Positions 28,290 to 36,948 of a stretch of DNA of 64,000 bases are shown here, in pieces; the first letter of the stretch is position 1, and each line of letters opens with the position of its first letter. The DNA is from Actinomycetota bacterium (lineage in GTDB: Bacteria; Actinomycetota; UBA4738; HRBIN12): positions 902,913 to 966,912 of the forward strand of contig BPGL01000001.1 of NCBI GenBank assembly GCA_026003015.1. The letters are read 5' to 3'. The position numbers and the translations under genes are program-made. The notes below the pieces were generated by a model. It was given only the letters and a program-made list of their open reading frames with translations. It did not search any database and was not told the origin of the DNA.

Positions 28290-28970
28290 ATGCGGGTTGT
28301 GGCGAAGACGCCGCCGCTGCGCGTGATGATCGTCGACGACCACGAGGTCGTGCGCAACGGGATCCGCGCGATGCTCGCCGGCGAGGAGGACGTCGTCGTC
28401 GCCGGGGAGGCCGGTTCGGTGCGCGAGGCGATCGACGAGGCCGACCGCACGCGCCCCGACGTGATCGTGATGGACGTCCGGCTGTCCGACGGCAGCGGTA
28501 TCGAGGCGACGCGTGAGATCCGCGCGCGCCATCCGGAGGCGAGGGTGCTGATGCTCACCTCGTTCGCGGACGACGAGGCGCTGTTCTCCTCGATCATGGC
28601 CGGCGCCTCGGGCTACGTTCTCAAACAGGTGCGCTCGGGGGAGCTCCTCCGCGCGATCCGAACCGTTGCAGGCGGCGGCTCTCTGCTCGACCCGGACGTG
28701 ACGACCGCCGTCCTCGACCGCCTGCGGCGGGGCAAGCACCTCTTCAAGGACGAGCGGCTCGCGCGCCTGTCCCCCCAGGAGGAGCGGATCCTCGGCCTCG
28801 TGGCGCAGGGGCGGACGAACCGCCAGATCGGCGACGAGCTCGGGCTCGCGGAAAAGACCGTGAAGAACTACGTGTCCAGCATCCTGAGCAAGCTGGAGGT
28901 CGCCCGTCGGGCCGAGGCCGCCGCGTACCTCGCCCGTCACACGGCGACGCCCGGATCGGTCGACGGCTGA
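28290..28970 (+). CDS. NarL/LuxR-family two-component response regulator (DosR/DevR-like)
   Basis: A receiver domain (VMIVDDHEVVRNGIRAML ... DVIVMDVRLSDGSG) and a C-terminal LuxR-type HTH (LSPQEERILGLVAQGRTNRQIGDELGLAEKTVKNYVSSIL). Confidence 0.85.
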   Translation: MRVVAKTPPLRVMIVDDHEVVRNGIRAMLAGEEDVVVAGEAGSVREAIDEADRTRPDVIVMDVRLSDGSGIEATREIRARHPEARVLMLTSFADDEALFSSIMAGASGYVLKQVRSGELLRAIRTVAGGGSLLDPDVTTAVLDRLRRGKHLFKDERLARLSPQEERILGLVAQGRTNRQIGDELGLAEKTVKNYVSSILSKLEVARRAEAAAYLARHTATPGSVDG

Positions 28971-28974
28971 GCCG

Positions 28975-31695
28975 TCAGCGTCCGAGCATCTGGCGCAGCA
29001 CGAACGCGAGGACGCCGCCGTTCAGGTAGTACTCGACCTCGATCGGCTGGTCGATCCGGACGATCGCGCCGAACCGGCGGCTCTCGGTACCGTCGGTCGC
29101 CTCGACCTCGACCCGCATCCCCGGCATGATCCCGCCGGACAGGCCGCGGATCGTGAGCCGCTCCCGCCCCGTGAGGCCGAGCGTTGCCGCGTTCTCACCT
29201 GGCTCGAACTGCAGAGGCAAGATGCCCATCCCCACGAGGTTCGAGCGATGGATCCGCTCGTAGCTCTCCGCGAGCACGACGCGCACCCCCAGCAGCGCCG
29301 GCCCCTTCGCAGCCCAGTCCCGGCTCGACCCCGAGCCGTACTCCTTGCCGGCGAGCACGGCGAGCGCAACGCCCTCGGCCCGGTACCGCATCGCGGCGTC
29401 GAACACCGACACGACCTCTCCGGAGGTCAGGTGCGTGGTCCACGGGCCCTCCGTGCCGGGCGCGAGCTCGTTGCGCAGTCGAACGTTCGCGAAGGTGCCG
29501 CGCACCATGACCTCGTGGTTGCCACGCCGCGCCCCGTAGGAGTTGAAGTCCTTCGGCTCCACGCCGTGCTCGATCAGGTAGCGGCCCGCGGGCGAGTCGG
29601 GCCGGATCGCGCCGGCGGGGCTGATGTGGTCCGTCGTGATCGAGTCCCCCAGCTTCACCAGCACCCGCGCGTCCTCGATGTCGGCGGCGATCGCGACGTC
29701 GGCGAGGTCGGTGAAGAACGGGGGCTCCCGAACGTAGGTCGAGGCGGGGTCCCACGCGTAGACGGCCCCGCCGGGGGTGGGCAGCGATCGCCAGCGCTCG
29801 TCGCCCTCCCAGATCCGCGCGTACTCGCGGCGGAACTGCTCCTCGGTCACCGCCTCGGCGATCGCGTCGGCGATCTCCTGGGGGCTCGGCCACAGGTCGC
29901 GGAGGTACACGGGGCCCTCCGCCCCCTGGCCGATCGGCTCGCTCGTGAGGTCGATCCCGACGTGGCCGGCGAGCGCGTAGGCCACGACCAGCGGCGGGGA
30001 GGCCAGGTAGCTCGCGCGCACCTGGGGGTGGATCCGTCCCTCGAAGTTGCGGTTGCCCGACAAGACGGCCACCACGGTGAGGTCCCGCTCCTCGACCGCC
30101 CGCGCCACCTCGTCGGGGAGGGGCCCGCTGTTGCCGATGCAGGTCGTGCACCCGAAGCCGACGAGCGAGAAGCCGAGCTTCTCCAGGTACGGGAGGAGCC
30201 CGGCCTGCTGGAGGTAGTCCGTCACGACCCGCGAGCCGGGCGCGAGCGAGGTCTTCACCCAGGGCTTGGTCTCGAGCCCCGCCTCGACCGCGCGGCGGGC
30301 GAGGAGACCGGCCGCGAGCATCGCGCTCGGGTTCGACGTGTTCGTGCAGGAGGTGATCGCCGCGATCACGACCGAGCCGTGACGCAGCTCCCCGTCGACC
30401 CGAACGGGGACCTCGGTCCCGGGCACGACCCGCTCCTCGGGGTCGACGGCGACCTCGGCACTGCCGCCCTCGGCCTCGAATCGGCCGACCTCCGTCGGCG
30501 ACGGATCGGGCTCGATCCGGTCGCGGAAGGCATCGACGAACGACGTCCACACGCCGCTGAGGGGGACGCGGTCCTGGGGACGCCGAGGTCCGGCGACCGA
30601 CGGCTCGACCGCGTCGAGGTCGAGCACGAGCACCTCGTCGAACCACGGGTCCGGATCGCCGTCGCGGCGGAAGAGCCCCTGTTCCTTCGCGTAGCGCTCC
30701 ACGAGGTCCACCCGATCGCCCCGGCCGGTGAAGGCGAGGTACCGCAGGACCTCGTCGTCGATCGGGAACAGCGCGGCGGTCGCCCCGTACTCCGGGCACA
30801 TGTTGGCCAGCGTCGCGCGGTCGGCGACGGACAGGCTCGAAAGCCCCTCGCCGAAGAACTCGACGAACCGCCCCACGACCCCGTGGGCACGGAGCATCTG
30901 CGTGAGCGTGAGGACCAGGTCGGTCGCGGTCGTCCCGGGCGGCAACGCGCCGGTCGTCCGCACGCCGACGACCTGCGGGTGCGCCAGGAACAGCGGCTGC
31001 CCCAGCATCGCGGCCTCGGCCTCGATGCCGCCGACCCCCCAGCCGAGCACCCCGAGCCCGTTGACCATCGTGGTGTGGGAGTCGGTGCCCACGAGCGTAT
31101 CGGGACACGCGACGCCGTCCACGACGGTGACGACGCGGCTCAGGTGCTCGAGGTTCACCTGGTGGCAGATCCCCGCGCCGGGGGGCACGACGCGGAACCC
31201 CTCGAACGCCTGCTGCGCCCACCGCAGGAGCGTGTAGCGCTCGCCGTTGCGCCGGTACTCCCAGGCGAGGTTCGCGTCGTAGGCCTCCGGCGAGCGGAAC
31301 CGATCCACCTGGACGCTGTGGTCGATCACGAGGTCGACCGGCACCCGCGGTTCGACCCGCCGAGGATCGCCTCCCGCCCGGGCCACCGCGCTTCGCATCG
31401 CCGCCAGGTCGACCACGGCCGGAACCCCGGTGAAGTCCTGCATCAGGACGCGCCCCGGCATGAACGCGACGTTGCGGGCGGGACCGGGCCACGCGAGGAG
31501 CGCCAGCACGTCCTCGTCGGTCACGTCGCGGGTCCCGGCGCGCCGCAGGAGGTTCTCCAGGAGGATCCGCAGCGTGTGCGGCAGCCGGGTCGGGTCTCCC
31601 AGGCCCTGGTCGGCGAGCCATCCCAGGCGGTACAGCTCCACGGTCCCGTCGGCGGTCGCGAGACGCCCGCGGGACCCTTCGAGCGCGCTGGTCAT
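28975..31695 (-). CDS. acnA: Aconitate hydratase A
   Basis: About 906 aa from the ATG at 31695 (MTSALEGSRGRLATADGTVELYRL...). Contains the aconitase family signature and the swivel domain. The track ORF is N-terminally over-extended. Confidence 0.9.
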   Translation of the reverse strand: MTSALEGSRGRLATADGTVELYRLGWLADQGLGDPTRLPHTLRILLENLLRRAGTRDVTDEDVLALLAWPGPARNVAFMPGRVLMQDFTGVPAVVDLAAMRSAVARAGGDPRRVEPRVPVDLVIDHSVQVDRFRSPEAYDANLAWEYRRNGERYTLLRWAQQAFEGFRVVPPGAGICHQVNLEHLSRVVTVVDGVACPDTLVGTDSHTTMVNGLGVLGWGVGGIEAEAAMLGQPLFLAHPQVVGVRTTGALPPGTTATDLVLTLTQMLRAHGVVGRFVEFFGEGLSSLSVADRATLANMCPEYGATAALFPIDDEVLRYLAFTGRGDRVDLVERYAKEQGLFRRDGDPDPWFDEVLVLDLDAVEPSVAGPRRPQDRVPLSGVWTSFVDAFRDRIEPDPSPTEVGRFEAEGGSAEVAVDPEERVVPGTEVPVRVDGELRHGSVVIAAITSCTNTSNPSAMLAAGLLARRAVEAGLETKPWVKTSLAPGSRVVTDYLQQAGLLPYLEKLGFSLVGFGCTTCIGNSGPLPDEVARAVEERDLTVVAVLSGNRNFEGRIHPQVRASYLASPPLVVAYALAGHVGIDLTSEPIGQGAEGPVYLRDLWPSPQEIADAIAEAVTEEQFRREYARIWEGDERWRSLPTPGGAVYAWDPASTYVREPPFFTDLADVAIAADIEDARVLVKLGDSITTDHISPAGAIRPDSPAGRYLIEHGVEPKDFNSYGARRGNHEVMVRGTFANVRLRNELAPGTEGPWTTHLTSGEVVSVFDAAMRYRAEGVALAVLAGKEYGSGSSRDWAAKGPALLGVRVVLAESYERIHRSNLVGMGILPLQFEPGENAATLGLTGRERLTIRGLSGGIMPGMRVEVEATDGTESRRFGAIVRIDQPIEVEYYLNGGVLAFVLRQMLGR

Positions 31696-31702
31696 CGGCT
31701 CC

Positions 31703-32287
31703 TCACGGGTCCATGCTCCCACGCGCCGCGGGCTCCTCCCCCTGGGCCTCGGCGGCCGATCGGGCACGCTCGAGCTCTTCGCGGTGTCGGATCCTGTTCG
31801 CCCGGCGCATCTCCGCCTCCCGCTGACGGCGACGCTCCTCAGGGGTCTCGGCGACGAGCGGAGGCACCGGACGTGGACGGCCGGCGTCGTCGATCGCGAC
31901 GTAGACGAAGTACGCGGAGCTCGCGTGCACGACCTCGCCGGTGCGCAGCCGCTCCGCCTCGATCCGCACCCCGCACTCGAGCGAGGTCGTCCCAACGCCG
32001 TTCACGCTGGCCCGGAAGGTGACGAGGTCCCCGACGTGGACCGGTTCGCGGAAGACCATCTGGTCCACGGAGACGGTCACGCAGGGTCCGCCCGCGTGCT
32101 TGGCCGCCGCGAGCGCCGCCGCGGTGTCGGCCAGCCGCATCAGGACGCCCCCGTGGACGTTGCCGAGCACGTTGGCGTCGGTGACCTCCATCAACTGCGA
32201 CAGGACGACGTGCGAGGCGGAGGCCGGCCGCGGCGCGAGCGCCTCGGCGGCCGGCGTCGGTGCGTCCTCGGTGCCCATCGGGAGCAT
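31703..32287 (-). CDS. Acyl-CoA thioesterase (hotdog fold, YciA-like)
   Basis: HGGVLMRLADTAAALAAAKHAGGPCVTVSVDQMVFREPVHVGDLV hotdog signature. Confidence 0.75.
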   Translation of the reverse strand: MLPMGTEDAPTPAAEALAPRPASASHVVLSQLMEVTDANVLGNVHGGVLMRLADTAAALAAAKHAGGPCVTVSVDQMVFREPVHVGDLVTFRASVNGVGTTSLECGVRIEAERLRTGEVVHASSAYFVYVAIDDAGRPRPVPPLVAETPEERRRQREAEMRRANRIRHREELERARSAAEAQGEEPAARGSMDP

Positions 32288-32326
32288 CCTACGGGCCGGG
32301 GGGCGGGGCCGGGTACGATCGCGTCG

Positions 32327-33058
32327 ATGCGACGCCCCGCCGCGCTCGCCCTCGTCGCGGCCCTGCTCGCGGGATGCGGCAGCGCCCCCGTCGCGCCCGC
32401 GCCGTCGTCGAGCCCGCCGGGTCCGACGCCGAGCTCACCGGCGGCAAGCCCCGGGCCCACGGTCGAGCCCGCGCCGAGCCCGCCGCCGGGTACGGTGCTC
32501 TTCGCTCGCGACGTGCCCGGGCGTCGCCTTCCGATCGACCGGCTCGCGCCGACCGGGACCCACGTGACGGGCTCGTGGCTGGGGCGAGCCGACGGCGAGG
32601 TGGCGGTCCTCGCCGTCGCGTCGAGGGCCGGCGGGGCCTTCGATCGCGCCCGGGCCCTGTGGCTCTGGCGACGTCGACCCGACCTCGGCGGGTGGGTCGG
32701 CCGCGCCCTGCTCACCTACCCGCGACGCGACGGCGTGCTCGGGATCGACGTGTGGATCGCCGACGTCACCGACGACGGCGACGACGACGCCCTCGTCGTC
32801 GCGCTCACCGGGGGCTCGGGCAGCTGCGGCCGCTGGTCGGTCCTCGACCTCGCCGTCGAACGAACCGTGTTCACGCGGTCGCTGTGCGACGCGCGGATCG
32901 AGCCCAGCGTCGCCCCCAGGGGGCTGGCCCTTTCGGAGCTCGTCTTCCGGCCCGGCGACCCCCACTGCTGCCCGAGCGCCGAGCGTCGGACCCTGCTCAC
33001 CTACGACGGCCAGGGTCGCTGGGCGATCGTGACCCAGGAAGAGGTTCCGTTCGGCTGA
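32327..33058 (+). CDS. Putative lipoprotein (hypothetical)
   Basis: Signal peptide with the lipobox LLAGCGS, then a Pro/Ser-rich linker and a globular domain. No known family recognised. Confidence 0.5.
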   Translation: MRRPAALALVAALLAGCGSAPVAPAPSSSPPGPTPSSPAASPGPTVEPAPSPPPGTVLFARDVPGRRLPIDRLAPTGTHVTGSWLGRADGEVAVLAVASRAGGAFDRARALWLWRRRPDLGGWVGRALLTYPRRDGVLGIDVWIADVTDDGDDDALVVALTGGSGSCGRWSVLDLAVERTVFTRSLCDARIEPSVAPRGLALSELVFRPGDPHCCPSAERRTLLTYDGQGRWAIVTQEEVPFG

Positions 33059-33104
33059 GGGTCGGCTCAGGGCCGCGTCGGGGCCGGGGGCTACGATACG
33101 CGCC

Positions 33105-34040
33105 ATGGCGCGGGTCGTGGTCGAGGGGTGGGCCCCCGAATACGGTGCGCCCATCGAGCCCGACGACGCCCTGGCGCCCGCCGAGGGCTCGGTGGGCGAA
33201 GACGTCGAGACCGCCGACTGGCGGCCCCGCGACGGCGTGGACGACGGCGTCGAGACCGTGGCGTTCGTCGACGGGGTCCGCCGCGTCGACGCCCGGCTCG
33301 TGATCGACGACCCGGAGGCCGGGCCCATCCCGGGGATCTGCGGCACCTACGCCGTGGGGGCCGTCGCATGGGACCGTCGACGCCCGGCGAGCGAGGTCGT
33401 GTCGGACCAGGTCGCGCGCCTCGCGGTGCTGGGGGGCGGCCGCGCCGAGGCGCTCCCGGCCACCGACCTCGACCCTCCGTACACGAGCGCCTCGACGCCG
33501 GCGACCGACCCGGCGGACCTGCTCCGCGAGCTCCACACCGCGATGCGCCGCGCCGAGGGCGCGGTCGCCAGCGAGCTCGCCGTCGGCTCCTTCGTCATCG
33601 CCGACGGACCGCTGAACGAACTCGTGCGCCGGCCGTGCGTCGGGCTCGTCAAGACCCACCGCGTGACCTACCTGTCCCCCGAGCGCAACCGGGTCGTCAG
33701 GGAGCTTGCCCCCGGGACGCGCACGCCGCTGTTCACGATCGCCGACTACCGTCGCTACTCGTGGTACGTGCGGATCGCGCGCGTCGCCTTCGGCCACGGA
33801 TGGTCCGGGATCGTCCGCTGCGAGGCCTCGGGCCAGCTGCCCCTCGAGGAGGTCGCGCGCCTCGCCGATCGCACCGCGGCCCTGCTGCCGCTCGTGGCGT
33901 CCGCGCCCCACCTGGACCCCCGCGCCCCCCAGAACCTCGTGCCGATCGGAGCCCTCGAACGCCGCCTGCGCCACCGGATGGGCGATCAGGGGCTCGTCGT
34001 GCGCGCCCTGCGGGAGGCGGCGGCCCGGGAGGTCGCGTGA
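33105..34040 (+). CDS. NurA-like 5'-3' nuclease (RNase H-like fold), first gene of a nurA-herA-sbcD-sbcC operon
   Basis: 311 aa. Contains the AFVDG and VIADGPLNE motifs, which resemble the conserved catalytic Asp motifs of archaeal NurA. Translationally coupled (4-nt overlap) to a HerA-like ATPase. Assignment is by motif and gene context only. Confidence 0.5.
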   Translation: MARVVVEGWAPEYGAPIEPDDALAPAEGSVGEDVETADWRPRDGVDDGVETVAFVDGVRRVDARLVIDDPEAGPIPGICGTYAVGAVAWDRRRPASEVVSDQVARLAVLGGGRAEALPATDLDPPYTSASTPATDPADLLRELHTAMRRAEGAVASELAVGSFVIADGPLNELVRRPCVGLVKTHRVTYLSPERNRVVRELAPGTRTPLFTIADYRRYSWYVRIARVAFGHGWSGIVRCEASGQLPLEEVARLADRTAALLPLVASAPHLDPRAPQNLVPIGALERRLRHRMGDQGLVVRALREAAAREVA

Positions 34041-35773
34041 GCCCGTCGCGCGTCGGGCGGGTGCTCGGGTCGGAGCACACGAGCACCTCGGCGTTCCGGG
34101 TCGTGATCGAGAACGACGAGTACCTGCAGCTCGACGACCTGGTCGTGGTCCGCACCCACGTCCCCAAGGTCGGCGAGGTGCGCACCTACGGGATCGTGAC
34201 CGAGGCCGAGGCCATCTACGAGGGAGCGACGTACGAGTCCGACACCCACCGGGTCGCCGAGCTCGGCATCCTGCCCGCCGAACGCGTGCGCACGGCCCGG
34301 GTCGCCGTGACGCGCGTCCACCCCGAGGTCTGGGTGGCGCCGGACCCCGGCGAGGTCGTGGAGCGCGCCGTCGGCGACGAGCGCGCGATGGCCCTGTACG
34401 CCGACGAGATGCAGCGCGCCCTGCCGGTCGGGCTGGGCCGCGACGGCCTCCCGGTGCCCCTCGACCTCGACTTCTTCGACGGCCGCAAGGGCGGACACAT
34501 GTCGATCTCGGGCGTGAGCGGGGTGGCGACGAAGACCTCCTTCGCGCTGTTCTTCCTGCGGATGCTCACCGCCCGACCCGACGTCGTCGGCGAGGGGGCG
34601 GCGAGCCTGCGGATCCTCGTGTTCAACGTCAAGGGCGAGGACCTGCTGTGGCTCGACCGTCCGAACCGGTTCCTCGACGACGAGGCCCGCGCGGCCTGGA
34701 GGGCGCTCGGCGTCGAGCCGGAGCCGTTCCCATCCGTTCGGTTCTGGGCCCCGCCCCGACGCCGTTCGGGCGACGTCATCGTGCCCGACACCTCCGCGCG
34801 GATCGAGGGCGTCGAGGCCTTCGCGTGGACGCCCCGCGAGTTCGTCGACGAGGGGCTCCTGCGGTTCTGCTTCACCGACGCGACCGACCAGCGCAACCAG
34901 ATCCCCTTCGTGCTCGAGCGCGTGCAGGCGCAGCTCGCGCGCCTGGCCGCCGACGCCGCCGGCATCCCCGGCGCGATCGTGCTCCCCCGGGACGGACGCT
35001 GGGCCTCGGGGGCGAGGCCGCGCGAGCCCGTCGCGCACCGCGAGGACGAGACGCTCCTCGTTGTCGACCTCGCCTCCCTCGCCGACGCGATCGGGTGGTT
35101 CCTCGAGCCCGAGGACGGCGGCGAGCCCCCGTACGCGTGGAGCGGGCGCACCGGAGGCGGGACGATCGCGGCGTTCCTCCGCCGCCTCCACGCGGCCGTG
35201 GGCCGGCTCGGCCACCTCGTGCGTGCGGGCCCGAGCCGTCGGATCGACCGGACGGCCGCCAACGTCACGGTGGTCGCCATCCAGACGCTCCCCGAGCAAG
35301 CGCAGCGCTTCGTCGTCGGCGCCCTGCTCGAGGAGACGTTCCGAGACAAGGAGGAGACCGGTCAGCGTCTCCCCCTGTCGGTGATCGTCCTCGACGAGCT
35401 GAACAAGTACGCGCCGCGGGAGGGAACGAGCCCGCTCAAGGAGATGCTCGTCGACGTCGCGCAGCGAGGCCGCTCGCTCGGCGTGCTCCTCGTCGGCGCG
35501 CAGCAGACCGCCTCGCGCGTGGCGCCCGAGGTCCTCGAGAACGCTGCGATCCGGGTCGCCGGACGCCTCGACGCCGCGGAGGCCGAGCGTGCCGAGTACG
35601 GCTGGATGCTGCCCTCGACCCGCGCGCGCGCCCGTCTGCTCAAGCCCGGCACCCTCGTGCTCGCCCAACCGCCGATCCCCGTCCCGCTCGTCGTCACGTT
35701 CCCCTTCCCCGCATGGGCGACGCGCCGCGAGGAGGTCGACGACCCAGGCGCCGACCCCTTCGACGGGCTGTAG
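34037..35773 (+). CDS. HerA-like hexameric ATPase/helicase (DUF87 family) with an N-terminal HAS-barrel
   Basis: An N-terminal beta-barrel (FRVVIENDEYLQLDDLVVVRTHVPKVGEVRTYGIVTE). A P-loop region ISGVSGVATKTSFALFFL, deviant in having TKT instead of GKT. A Walker B VIVLDELNKY. Confidence 0.75.
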   Translation: MSPSRVGRVLGSEHTSTSAFRVVIENDEYLQLDDLVVVRTHVPKVGEVRTYGIVTEAEAIYEGATYESDTHRVAELGILPAERVRTARVAVTRVHPEVWVAPDPGEVVERAVGDERAMALYADEMQRALPVGLGRDGLPVPLDLDFFDGRKGGHMSISGVSGVATKTSFALFFLRMLTARPDVVGEGAASLRILVFNVKGEDLLWLDRPNRFLDDEARAAWRALGVEPEPFPSVRFWAPPRRRSGDVIVPDTSARIEGVEAFAWTPREFVDEGLLRFCFTDATDQRNQIPFVLERVQAQLARLAADAAGIPGAIVLPRDGRWASGARPREPVAHREDETLLVVDLASLADAIGWFLEPEDGGEPPYAWSGRTGGGTIAAFLRRLHAAVGRLGHLVRAGPSRRIDRTAANVTVVAIQTLPEQAQRFVVGALLEETFRDKEETGQRLPLSVIVLDELNKYAPREGTSPLKEMLVDVAQRGRSLGVLLVGAQQTASRVAPEVLENAAIRVAGRLDAAEAERAEYGWMLPSTRARARLLKPGTLVLAQPPIPVPLVVTFPFPAWATRREEVDDPGADPFDGL

Positions 35774-35783
35774 CGCGCCGGCC

Positions 35784-36948
35784 GATGCGCATCCTGCACA
35801 CGAGCGACTGGCACCTGGGGCGCCGCCTGGGTCGCTACGACCGCGCCGAGGAGTTCGCCGCCGTGTGCCGGGAGATCGAGGGGATCGCGCGGGAGCGCGC
35901 GGTGGACCTCGTCCTGGTGAGCGGCGATCTGTTCGACCGTCCCGTGCCGCCGCTCGACGTGCTCCGTATGGGGATCGAGGCGCTCCGGTCCCTCGCCGAG
36001 CAGGCGCCGGTCGTCGTCGTCGCGGGCAACCACGACGCTCCGGAGCTGTTCGACACGCTCACCCCCCTCCTGGCCCCTCAGCGCGTCCACCTCGTCGGCT
36101 CGATCCGTCGGCCCGAGGAGGGCGGGGTGCTCGGCCCCGACGAGCTCGGCGTGCCCGCCGTCGTGGGGTGCCTCCCGTTCCTGCGCGAGGGCCGGGTCGT
36201 CGACTTCATGCGGGACGCCGGAACGTGGTACGGCGCCTACGCGGACCGCGTCGCCGCGCTGTGCCGGACCATGAGCGACGCGCTCGTGCGTCGCGCGGGC
36301 ACCGAGCTCGTCGCGCTGCTCATGGCGCACTTCCTCGTGAGCGGCGTGCGGATCGACCGCGAGGCGCCGCGCGGCGAGCGGGAACTGCACCTCGGCGAGG
36401 CGTACGCCGCCACCGCGCAGGCGATCCCACCCGGACCCCAGTACGTGGCGATGGGCCACATCCACGCACCCCAGCCCGTCCCCGGCGCCCCCGTTCCGGC
36501 CGAGTACGCGGGCTCCCCGCTGCCCCTGGACTTCGGCGAGGCGGGCGAGCGCAAGCGCGTCGCCATCGTCGAGGTCGAGCCGGGGCGGCTGGCCACCGTG
36601 ACCTCCGTCGAGCTGGCCGCCGGGCGGCCGCTCGTGCGCGCCCAGGGGCGCTGGAGCGAGCTCGAGGCGAGGGCCGAGGAGCTCGCCGACGCCTACGTCG
36701 ACCTCACGGTCGACGCGCGCGATGCGGCGCCCGACCTGGCCGACCGCGCCCGCGAACGCTTCCCCTTCCTCGTCCGGGTTCGCGCCGCCCGGCCCGCCGG
36801 CGCACCAGGGGCCCCCGTCGTCGAGGGACATCGCTCCCTGCCGGAGCGCTACGCCGACTACCGGCGCGAGGTGCACGGTCGCGATCCCGAGCCGGAGCTG
36901 CTGGCGCTGTTCCGCGAGCTGCTGGACGAGCTCGATGCGCCCGTGTGA
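35784..36948 (+). CDS. sbcD: Mre11/SbcD-family nuclease (calcineurin-like phosphoesterase)
   Basis: MRILHTSDWHLGRRLG...DLVLVSGDLFDR...VVVVAGNHDAP...GHIH phosphoesterase motifs I-V. Confidence 0.85.

Noticed and set aside
33706-36948. 1080-aa plus-strand ORF spanning the herA and sbcD region
   Set aside because: Alternative-frame artefact (Arg/Pro/Gly-rich). herA and sbcD are clearly encoded in the other plus-strand frames.
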